A stretch of 64,000 bases of DNA from Eledone cirrhosa. Taxonomy: Eukaryota. The stretch's first letter is position 1; every line of letters starts with the position of its first letter. Positions 55,053 to 64,000 of the stretch are shown here, piece by piece. The translations under genes and the position numbers were made by a program. The notes below the pieces were generated by a model. That model saw only the letters and a program-made list of their open reading frames with translations, had not been told where the DNA came from and did no database searches. The DNA lies in NCBI GenBank assembly GCA_964016885.1, contig OZ024751.1, forward strand, positions 1,054,001 through 1,118,000. Direction: 5' to 3'.

Positions 55053-55377
55053 TCATTTCATTTCATTTTACGTCCACTTTTCCCTGCTTGCAAGGGTGGG
55101 ACGGGAACTGATTCTGGCATGATTTCTACAGCTGGATGCCCTTCCTAACACCAACCTCATTTACAGTGAGTGCTGGGTGCTTTTTTGCCGTGGCACCTCC
55201 ACGACCACTTTGCAGTGGAATGATAGGAACCCCAGTCCCTATCATCTCATTTCTACAGCTGAGTAAACTGGAGCAATGTGAAATAAAGTGTCTTGCTCAA
55301 GGAAACAACACATCACCCGGTCTGAGAATTGAACTCACAACCTTTCGAATGCTCTAACCACTAAGCCATGTGCCTCC
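55053..55377 (-). mobile_element. Second, inverted copy of the same SINE
   Basis: Reverse complement of 54643-54934; retains A box and B box (GAGTTCAATTC). Confidence 0.87.
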
Positions 55378-55379
55378 AT

Positions 55380-55415
<36 letters not shown>

Positions 55416-55546
55416 ATAAACACATCAAACAATTACAGGGGATAATTTGTAAAGAGTGTAAACTCATAGTTACAAAGGTAACATATTAAAAATTAACAAG
55501 AGCCTTGTTAATTTTTGACTTTTGACTTTTAATTTAATATATATAT

Positions 55547-55953
55547 CATCATCATCATCTTCGTTTAACGTCCATCTTCCACGCTAGCATGGATTAGACA
55601 GGAGTTATCTGTCTTGAGGCAAGGTTGGTCGGGTGACTCTGTCTCGCTCATATAGGACTATCTGGCAGGTTTTCTACTGATGGATGCCCTTCCTAACACC
55701 AACCACATTTACAGTGTGGAACTGGGAACTTTTTACCAATGTTACCTACACGGCCACATTACAACGTGGACTGTATGTTTTTTTGTCGTGACACCTACAC
55801 GATTTCGATCTCATTATCTCATTTATTTGGACAGAATGTTGTGGTACCAACTTTACAGAGAGAGGGTGGTGTTGGTGGGAGTGGGAGGATAGGGTAGGGG
55901 TAGTGGGGATGGGGGTGTATTTGGTTAAGAGGTGCCTACTCACTGTAGGTTTC
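55547..55953 (-). mobile_element. RTE LINE 3' UTR fragment
   Basis: Homologous to 57571-57964; ends at CTGTAGGTTTC where it joins the 310-bp array. Confidence 0.88.
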
Positions 55954-56246
55954 TAATAAGAATGAAACGCGTAGATTACTTCCCTTGCTTTTATCGAGAA
56001 TCTAATTGTAATACGTGACGTATTCTATTCTATAGCGATTAGGTCTTCAAAATGTTTATTATAAACATACAGAATATTTTCGAATATTCTATGTCTATAT
56101 TCACATATATATCGCTATTTCAGAGCATTTATTCCAATTTCTAATTTCTGCCGGACCGGCAACCGCTCTTTCAAACCAGTTCCTGTACACAGCTAAGTAT
56201 TCTATAAGTCTCTAGCTGTGTCATTCTCGATAAAAGCATTGGATAT

Positions 56247-56289
56247 GTGGTCCTGAAGATTTCTAATAAGAATGAAACGCGTAGATTAC
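56247..56289 (+). ncRNA. Type I hammerhead ribozyme (array copy 1)
   Basis: GTGGTC-CTGAAGA-T-TTCT-AATA-AGAA-T-GAAA-CGC-GTA^-GATTAC. Helix I GTGGTC/GATTAC, palindromic helix III ACGCGT, cleavage predicted after 56283. Confidence 0.88.
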
Positions 56290-56556
56290 TTCCCTTGCTT
56301 TTATCGAGAATCTAATTGTAATACGTGACGTATTCTATTCTATAGCGATTAGGTCTTCAAAATGTTTATTATAAACATACAGAATATTTTCGAATATTCT
56401 ATGTCTATATTCACATATATATCGCTATTTCAGAGCATTTATTCCAATTTCTAATTTCTGCCGGACCGGCAACCGCTCTTTCAAACCAGTTCCTGTACAC
56501 AGCTAAGTATTCTATAAGTCTCTAGCTGTGTCATTCTCGATAAAAGCATTGGATAT

Positions 56557-56599
56557 GTGGTCCTGAAGATTTCTAATAAGAATGAAACGCGTAGATTAC
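56557..56599 (+). ncRNA. Type I hammerhead ribozyme (array copy 2)
   Basis: Same sequence as 56247-56289, +310 bp. Confidence 0.88.
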
Positions 56600-56866
56600 T
56601 TCCCTTGCTTTTATCGAGAATCTAATTGTAATACGTGACGTATTCTATTCTATAGCGATTAGGTCTTCAAAATGTTTATTATAAACATACAGAATATTTT
56701 CGAATATTCTATGTCTATATTCACATATATATCGCTATTTCAGAGCATTTATTCCAATTTCTAATTTCTGCCGGACCGGCAACCGCTCTTTCAAACCAGT
56801 TCCTGTACACAGCTAAGTATTCTATAAGTCTCTAGCTGTGTCATTCTCGATAAAAGCATTGGATAT

Positions 56867-56909
56867 GTGGTCCTGAAGATTTCTAATAAGAATGAAACGC
56901 GTAGATTAC
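56867..56909 (+). ncRNA. Type I hammerhead ribozyme (array copy 3)
   Basis: Same sequence as 56247-56289, +620 bp. Confidence 0.88.
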
Positions 56910-57112
56910 TTCCCTTGCTTTTATCGAGAATCTAATTGTAATACGTGACGTATTCTATTCTATAGCGATTAGGTCTTCAAAATGTTTATTATAAACATAC
57001 AGAATATTTTCGAATATTCTATGTCTATATTCACATATATATATATATATAAATGGAATAGAATGAAACGAAATTTCATTTCTCACTCTTAGTACGGCAG
57101 TTACTTAAATGA

Positions 57113-57437
57113 AAGTATGTATGTATGTATACGTACATACATATATGTATACAGACATACAGTAGTATGTATATATATACATACATGCACACATATATAT
57201 ATGCACGTATCGGTTTACCGAATATTTATTATAATGCTCGGTTTGTTTGTTTGTAAACAAACAAACAGCCTGAATTACGCCGTACAGTGTTTAGGCAACC
57301 ACGTCACCTTTTTGTTCAACACAGACACAGGAACGATACGTGCATATATATATATATATGTGCATGTATGTATATATATACATACTACTGTATGTCTGTA
57401 TACATATATGTATGTACGTATACATACATACCTACTT
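57113..57437. repeat. ~100-bp-arm inverted repeat with internal hairpin
   Basis: 57113-57212 is near-perfectly complementary to 57334-57437, including the non-microsatellite CAGACATACAGTAGTATG; the loop contains GTTTGTTTGTTT-GT-AAACAAACAAAC. Confidence 0.92.
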
Positions 57438-57479
57438 ATATATATAAGTTATTCCGGGTTCAATCGGGGGTATAAATGC

Positions 57480-57528
57480 GCCTCCTGATGATTTCTCACA
57501 AATGAAACAGTTCTAATCCTGTAGAAGC
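57480..57528 (+). ncRNA. Type I hammerhead ribozyme
   Basis: GCCTC-CTGATGA-TTTCTCACAAAT-GAAA-CAG-TTCTAATC-CT-GTA^-GAAGC. Helix III ACAG/CTGT; helix I has one C-A mismatch; helix II is weak. Confidence 0.7.
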
Positions 57529-57570
57529 TTTTCTATATTAAAATATATATATATATAACGAGTGATACCC

Positions 57571-59447
57571 CATCATCATCATCATAATCGTTTAACGTTT
57601 ATCTTCCATGCTAGCATGGGTTAGATGGGAGTTGTCCCACTTGAGGCAAGATTGGTCGTCTCGCTCGTATAGGACTGTCTGGCAGGTTTTCTACGGCTGG
57701 ATGCCCTTCCTAACACCAACCACGTTTACAGTGTGGACTGGGAGGTTTTTACCGTGTTACCTACATGGCCACATTACAGCGTGGACTATGTGTTTTTTTT
57801 GTCGTGACACCTACACGACCTCATTTATTTAGGACTGGATGTTGTGGTACCAACATAACTTAACACAGAGAGGGGTGGTGTTGATGGGGGTTGGGGTGGG
57901 GAAGTTGTGGTAGTGGGATGGGGGTGTATATTTGATTAAGAGGTGTCTACTGACTGTAGGTTTCGCTTTGTACTTAGGCAAGGCGGGTCTTCTGTATTAC
58001 TGTGTAGCGCCAAAGATCTCGGTCCAGTGACATTGTCTTAGAGAGGTGTAAGTGTGTAAGGTCGGAATTTATCAAATCGTCCCAGGTTTTTCTGGGTCTG
58101 CCTACTCCGTAACTTCCGTCAACTTTGATCGCTCTGCACTTTTTTATACAGCTGTCATCTTTCATGTGCATCATGTGACCATACCAATGTAGTCTTCTCT
58201 CGAGTAAACAGCATCTGAACTCTCTTCTACCTAATTTCTAACTTAGTTCATTTATGCTTTGCCGTTCATGTATATTACTATTACACATCCAGCGGAGCAT
58301 GCATGCTTTGTTCTTTTCCAGTCTGAGCAGATCCTCTGCACACATTGTCCATGTCTCACTGCCATCTGGGCAATGGAATGAGCTAGTATCCTGTGGGCAC
58401 TTGCTACTACTTATTGCGCCTGAGCACCGGCCACATATAAAATCTACGTTCTTAGATAGCTTACCTGTGATCCCACTACATCTTTTATGCACCCATAGTT
58501 TGCATTTGGGACATAAAATGGAATTTCTGCCTACTTCTTTCCTACACACTGAGCATGGCCATTTTCCAGAGGGCACCTGTGCCCTATTTTCCTTCCTACA
58601 TACTAGAACTTTAGTCTTAGACAAGTTAACTTTAAGGCCTTTTGATTCTAGGCCATGCTTCCATGTTTGGAATTTCTACTCTAGTTCAGCCATCGATTCA
58701 GCTATGAGCATTAGGTCATCTGCATATAGAAGTTCCCATGGGCAGCCGGTCGTGAACTCCTCTGTTATAGCCTGAAGGGAAATAATAAATAGGAGGGGGC
58801 TAAGGACAGAGCCCTGATGAACACCAACTTTTACACAAAATTCTTCACTTTATTCGTTGTTAATTCTAGCCTTGCTGACTGTTTCTTTATACATGGCTAG
58901 TAGAGCTCTCACAAGCCATTCATCAACCCCTAGTTTCCTAAGGGCCCACCAGATAATGGCGCGGGGGACTCTGTCAAATGCTTTCTCCAGGTCTACAAAA
59001 GCTAAGTATAGGGGTTTACTTTTAGATAGGTACTTCTCCTGTAGTTGTACAAGAAAAAGGGCGTATGTGGTACTTTTACCTGACAAACCCAAACTGCATT
59101 TCGTCTAGATCAATTTGCTCTCTGATTAGTTGCGCTATTACTTTTTCTGTGACCTTCATGACCTGGTCAATTAATTTAATGCCTCTATAGTTTCCCCTAT
59201 CTAGGGCACCTCCTTTAACCTTGTAGCAGTTAATGATGATGCTGCTACGTCAGTCATTTGGTATGACCCCCGTTCTCTATGACTTGGTTTACTATCCAGG
59301 TGACCATAGTGTGTCCCACCGTTCCAGATGCTTTCAGCATTTCAGCAACTATCTCCGAAGGCCCAGCTGCCTTGCCTGTCTTCATATCTTTTATTACCTT
59401 ACTTATTATACTACCTTCAACTGGCACTGCTGGTCCCTCTATTGGAT
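57571..59447 (-). mobile_element. RTE LINE, 5'-truncated and decayed
   Basis: RT motifs (FVDLEKAFDRVP, LLYADD), PHD insert, 204-bp internal deletion, full 3' UTR and (CAT)n tail. Confidence 0.95.
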
Positions 59448-59503
59448 ATATATATATATAAATGGCGTAGACATACAATACAATACAATAGGAGGAAACA
59501 TAA

Positions 59504-59555
59504 TAGTACCACTGATGATGTTGCAGATGTGCAACGAAAGAACTTTGATAGACTA
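59504..59555 (+). ncRNA. Degenerate hammerhead-like motif
   Basis: TAGTACCA-CTGATGA-T-GTTGCA-GATG-TGCAAC-GAAA-GAACTT-TGATAGACTA. Good helix II, but helices I and III and the cleavage triplet are imperfect. Confidence 0.45.
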
Positions 59556-59869
59556 TATATATATTTATATCTGTATTTTTTACTGCTGGTCAATCAATGA
59601 TAAACATTGATTGCCAAATAAATTAACTATGGAAATATAAAAGATACAGAAGCGAAAACCAACCAAAGAGTGAGTGTGTTCTGTTATAATTTCTGGCAAT
59701 ATTACAACAATATGACCCTTCCCAAGTATAACAATATATATATATATATATATTGAAAGAGTGAAAAATAACATGGTCAACAGTACAAAAAAGGGTTTTA
59801 TTTCCTGTCTGACAATTGTTTCACTGATTAAGTTGTCTAAAAATTGCTGAACACTTGAATACATACACA

Positions 59870-61110
59870 CTGACTCAAATACATACCAAATACAAAAAAT
59901 AACAACACACTTAATATAAATAACACCATCCACACCTATAGAAGCAACAAATCTAGGACTAAACATAGAAATTGGCAACAAGCACGAGAATTAATTGAAC
60001 CGAATACTAATATAAAGACCACTAGAAACTATAGAAGATGCAAAGATAGAAAATACTTATGGTTCAATCCAATATTTAACTCCTCTATAAAAACAAAACT
60101 ACCTTATACTTTCTTTAAATTAGTTGACAAACACTTCCCTAAACTTCATAAATATCATAAAATCTTTAATAGAAAAACTATCAAACTATCTTACTCCACT
60201 GCCAACAACATAGAATCGCACATACATAAAATTAACTATAAGAGAATTACTAATACAAATGGCCTGTAAACAAGCACCATAACACCAAATATAAAACACA
60301 AACACATAACATCATCACAACCAAACACACGTCAGAACACATCACCACAATACATCAACAAACCCAATTCTCAGCCCATACATAACAACATACAAAACCA
60401 TATTGAGGAACCGGCACATAGGAAGGCATCAAAATGTAACTGTCATCTACCTGATAAATGCCCATTACAAAATAGATGCCTGGAGTCAAATATAGTGTAC
60501 CTATGTACTATAAATTCAGGCAACTTAGCATGGCACTACATAGGTCCCACAGCGGAGGAGTTCTAGAAAAGGTGGTATGTCCACAGACACTCTATAAATA
60601 ACTGGAAGCTTATGAATACAACAACGCTCGCCAATAAAATCTGGCAGCTCAAAGATGCAAACCATCAATACAGAATCAGCTGGATGAAGTTATCAACGGC
60701 AATAGCCCATAGAATTGGCATGTCCCACTGTGGTCTTTGTAATATGGAGCTATTCCAAATTTTAAAATACAACAAAATGCTACTTAACAGCATAATTGAA
60801 AGAACTATTTTCTGTAGGCATAAAACGGCGACTAAATTTGAGAACTTTAGACCAACTTAATTCATCCCATCTATTCCATAACTCAAATTGTACCACTTAG
60901 ATCTATTATAATATCCTATTATCATCATTATTATTATAATTGTCATCATCTGTCAATGTACCAACATCATAACCTTTTATATTTTATATATTATATTTTA
61001 TATTTCTCTCTCTTTCACTTTCTATCTTTCTATTTCTCTCCCTAAATTTATTTCATCTCTTGCATTTTATCTTATCGTATTATTTTCACTTCTAATATAA
61101 CTTGCAATTA
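59870..61110 (+). mobile_element. Penelope-like element 3' part (post-RT region, Cys linker, GIY-YIG endonuclease, 3' UTR), decayed
   Basis: Manual translation gives RKYLWFNPIF..LVDKHFP..HKIFNRKTIKLSYS (~60049-60200), then CNCHLPDKCPLQNRCLESNIVY..HYIG..IWQLK..CGLCNME..LLN..FCRHK; in-frame stops present. Confidence 0.9.
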
Positions 61111-61117
61111 ATTAATC

Positions 61118-62570
61118 AACGTAGCCTTCTCTCGAGTAAACAACATCTGATCCCTCTTATCTCTAATTTTTTCCTTAGTTCGTTTATGCTCGTTTATGCT
61201 TTGCCGTTCACGTATATTACTGTTACACATCCAGCGGAGCATGCAAGCTTCGTTCCTCTCTAGTCTGCGTATATCCTCTGCACACAATGCCCAGGTCTCA
61301 CTGCCATGCAACATTGCTGTTCGTATGCAGGCATCGTACAACCTGCCTTTCATTTTTAGGGAGAACCCTTTAGCAGCTAATAGCGGTATAAGCTCTCTGA
61401 ACTTTTTCCAACCAGTTCTGACTCTAGCTACTGTACTTTCAGAGCACCCTCCCCCACTGCTGATTTTATCGCCCAGGTAACGGAAGCTGTCCACTATTTC
61501 TATAGAACCCTCTGCGCAATTGAAAGAGCTAGTATTTTGTGGGCACTTGCTGCTACTTATTGCACCAGAACACCGGCCACATGTAAAATCTATGTTCTTA
61601 GTTAGCTTACCTGTGATCCCACTACATCTTTTATGCACCCATACTTTGCATTTAGGACATAAAATGGAGTTTCTACCTACGCCTTTCCTACACACCGAGC
61701 ACGACCATTTCCCAGAAGGGACCGCCGCCTTGTTTTCTTTCCTACAAACTAGAACTTTGGTCTTAGCCAGGTTAATTTTAAGTCCTTTTGACTCTAGGCC
61801 GTGCTTCCATGTTTGGAATTTCTTCTCTAGCTCGGCCATTTATTCCGCTATGAGTGTCAGGTCGTCTGCGTATAGGAGTTCCCATGGGCAGCCTGTCTTG
61901 AACTCCTCTGTTATAGCCTGAAGGGCAATAATAAATAGTAGGGGGCTGAGAACAGAGCCCTGATGGACACCAACTTTTACGCTAAACTCTTCACTATATT
62001 CGTTGTTAATTCTAACCTTGCTGACTGTTTCTTTATACATGGCTTGTATAGCCCTCACAAGCCATTCGTCAACGCCTAGTTTTCTAAGAGCCCACCAGAT
62101 AATGGAGCGGGGGACTCTGTCGAAGGCTTTCTCCAAGTCGACAAAAGCTAAGTAGAGGGGTTTACCTTTAGCTAGGTACTTCTCCTGTAGTTGTCGTACT
62201 ATGAAAAGAGCGTCTGTGGTACTTTTGCCTGACACAAACCCGAACTGCATTTCATCTAGGTCAATTCTCTCTCTGATTAGTTGCGCTATTACTTTTTCCG
62301 TGACCTTCATGACCTGGTCGATTAATTTAATGCCTCTATAGTTACTCCTATCTAGGGCGTCTCCTTTACCCTTATAACAGTTAACGATGATGCTGCTATG
62401 CCAGTCCTTCGGAACAACCCCATTCTGTACGACTTGGTTAACTATGCGGGTGACCATGGTGTGTCCCACCGTGCCAGATGCCTTCAGCATCTCAGCAACT
62501 ATTTCCGAAGGCCCAGCCGCCTTACCCGTCTTCATATCCTTGATTGCCTTACTTATTATACTCCCCTCGA

Positions 62571-62572
<2 letters not shown>
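61118..62572 (-). mobile_element. RTE LINE RT fragment, least decayed copy
   Basis: ORFs 61840-62535 and 61108-61839 are in the same frame, split by one stop; all RT motifs plus PHD finger; truncated at both ends; 10-bp duplication at 61181-61200. Confidence 0.96.
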
Positions 62573-62638
<66 letters not shown>

Positions 62639-62732
62639 AAGTATTTCCGTGGAAAAGGTAAAGGAAAGAAGAGTGCTCTGTGTATAGTACAGAGCTATTT
62701 CATTATGTAATAAACAATGTTTATTACATAAT

Positions 62733-62766
<34 letters not shown>

Positions 62767-62934
62767 AATATGAATATATATATATGAATATGAATGTACA
62801 AGTTCCAATGTCTGCATATATACGATGGGCAGGTGGGTGTGAGGATACTGGGGTGGTGTGGATGGTGGGGGTAGTGAGGGTGTTGGTGTAGTGGGAATAA
62901 GTAAAGAATATAAAGTGATGTAGTTTAAAATTAA

Positions 62935-63324
62935 CTCCTTAGTATTTACATTACTCTATATATACTATTGTATGTTCATGGTAAAGGCTTTACCTCACAT
63001 AACATTTACATTACTCTATATATACTATTGTATGTTCATGGTAAAGGCTTTACCTCACATAACATTTACATTACTCTATATATACTATTGTATGTTCATG
63101 GTAAAGGCTTTACCTCACATAACATTTACATTACTCTATATATACTATTGTATGTTCATAATTATCTCACATAATTATCTCACATTTCGAATCTATGAGA
63201 TTTTGATATTATTTAATTTGAGAATAATACCTTAACATCAGTATGAGTGGCCAGTTACATCCAGTTTGAACAGAAAGGGGTGAGAGAATTCTGGCTGGAT
63301 ACGGCCAGTTTAAATGTTAAAGGG
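62935..63324. mobile_element. piggyBac-type MITE, same family as 50481-50700
   Basis: TTAA-CTCCTTAGTATTTA...TAAATGTTAAAGGG-TTAA; internal sequence homologous to 50481-50700. Confidence 0.85.
62944..63159. repeat. 60-bp minisatellite, 3.6 identical units, inside the MITE
   Basis: ATTTACATTACTC recurs at 62944, 63004, 63064 and 63124. Confidence 0.97.
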
Positions 63325-63871
63325 TTAAAGAATTAAATATGATGAAGATTATGGGAATATAAAATTATAGAATATGTCGTATAGAGCTGTGATATCTAAG
63401 GGTAGTGTAATGTATGATATGGTGATGGTGGAAGGTATGATGGGTGAACGTGTGAGTGGTGGCAGGGTGGTATTGGTATTAAGTAAATATGTGAAATATA
63501 TAAAATATATGAAGGTAACTACAATGGAGATAACTACAATGAATACTATGAATATATAAATATTATGGAATTATATATGATAATGATAGTGGTGGTGGTG
63601 GGGTGGTGTGGGTGTCAGGCACATATAAGATATAAGGTTTGAGGAATAAATGAAAAAACAAATGAAAGTGGAAATGAAAGATGAAAAGATGAAAAGTTAG
63701 AAAGGTGATAAAAATGACAAAGTGGTAGAAAAGAAAGTAAAAATTAAAGAATTTAAAATAAAAAAAATAGCAAGATGAAAAAATGAAAAAAAAAAAAAAT
63801 TGTGAAAAATTGAAATATTAAAAAATGTTTAAATGAAAAAGCTCGATGATTGAAAACTGTCTGTAACTGTC

Positions 63872-64000
63872 TTGTATGAAAGGTCAGTTGTATGATGCCT
63901 GTGTTAGATGCGCAATACTGCATGGTAGTGAGACATGGGCAGCAACTGTGAAGGATATGCAAAGGCTGGAGAGAAATGAAGCAAGTATGCTCCGATGGAT
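63872..64000 (+). mobile_element. RTE LINE fragment running off the window
   Basis: Translates to KGQLYDACVRCAILHGSETWAATVKDMQRLERNEASMLRW. Confidence 0.9.

Larger units (their letters stand above)
55950..57042 (+). mobile_element. Retrozyme-like tandem array: ~3.5 x 310-bp units carrying hammerhead ribozymes
   Basis: TTCTAATAAG recurs at 55951, 56261, 56571 and 56881; units look identical by eye; no ORF; one hammerhead per unit. Confidence 0.85.

Noticed and set aside
55489-55517. 13-bp hairpin AAAAATTAACAAG/CTTGTTAATTTTT
   Set aside because: Real but AT-rich and without context to assign a function.

Overview
Eukaryotic, gene-free window, probably from an octopod/coleoid cephalopod (inferred from recognisable Meta-, CORE- and Ceph-domain-like SINEs and RTE LINEs with (ATG)n tails). 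Bases 1-42136 are one uninterrupted satellite of 52-bp units (~810 copies here, continuing upstream) with a handful of dimorphic sites and nested multi-kb duplications. Bases 42137-64000 are a dense pile of mobile-element remnants joined by (TA)n tracts: decayed RTE LINEs whose reverse transcriptase carries an inserted PHD finger, Penelope-like GIY-YIG fragments, SINEs, TTAA-flanked piggyBac-type MITEs and candidate solo LTRs. The most striking signal is non-coding: 3.5 apparently identical 310-bp units (55950-57042), each joined by a type I hammerhead ribozyme and folding into a closed, highly structured RNA, i.e. a young retrozyme-like (circular RNA) element. At least five more hammerhead motifs lie nearby, two with unusually long branched helix II inserts. 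No intact protein-coding gene is visible. All structures were read by eye; nothing was computed or searched.
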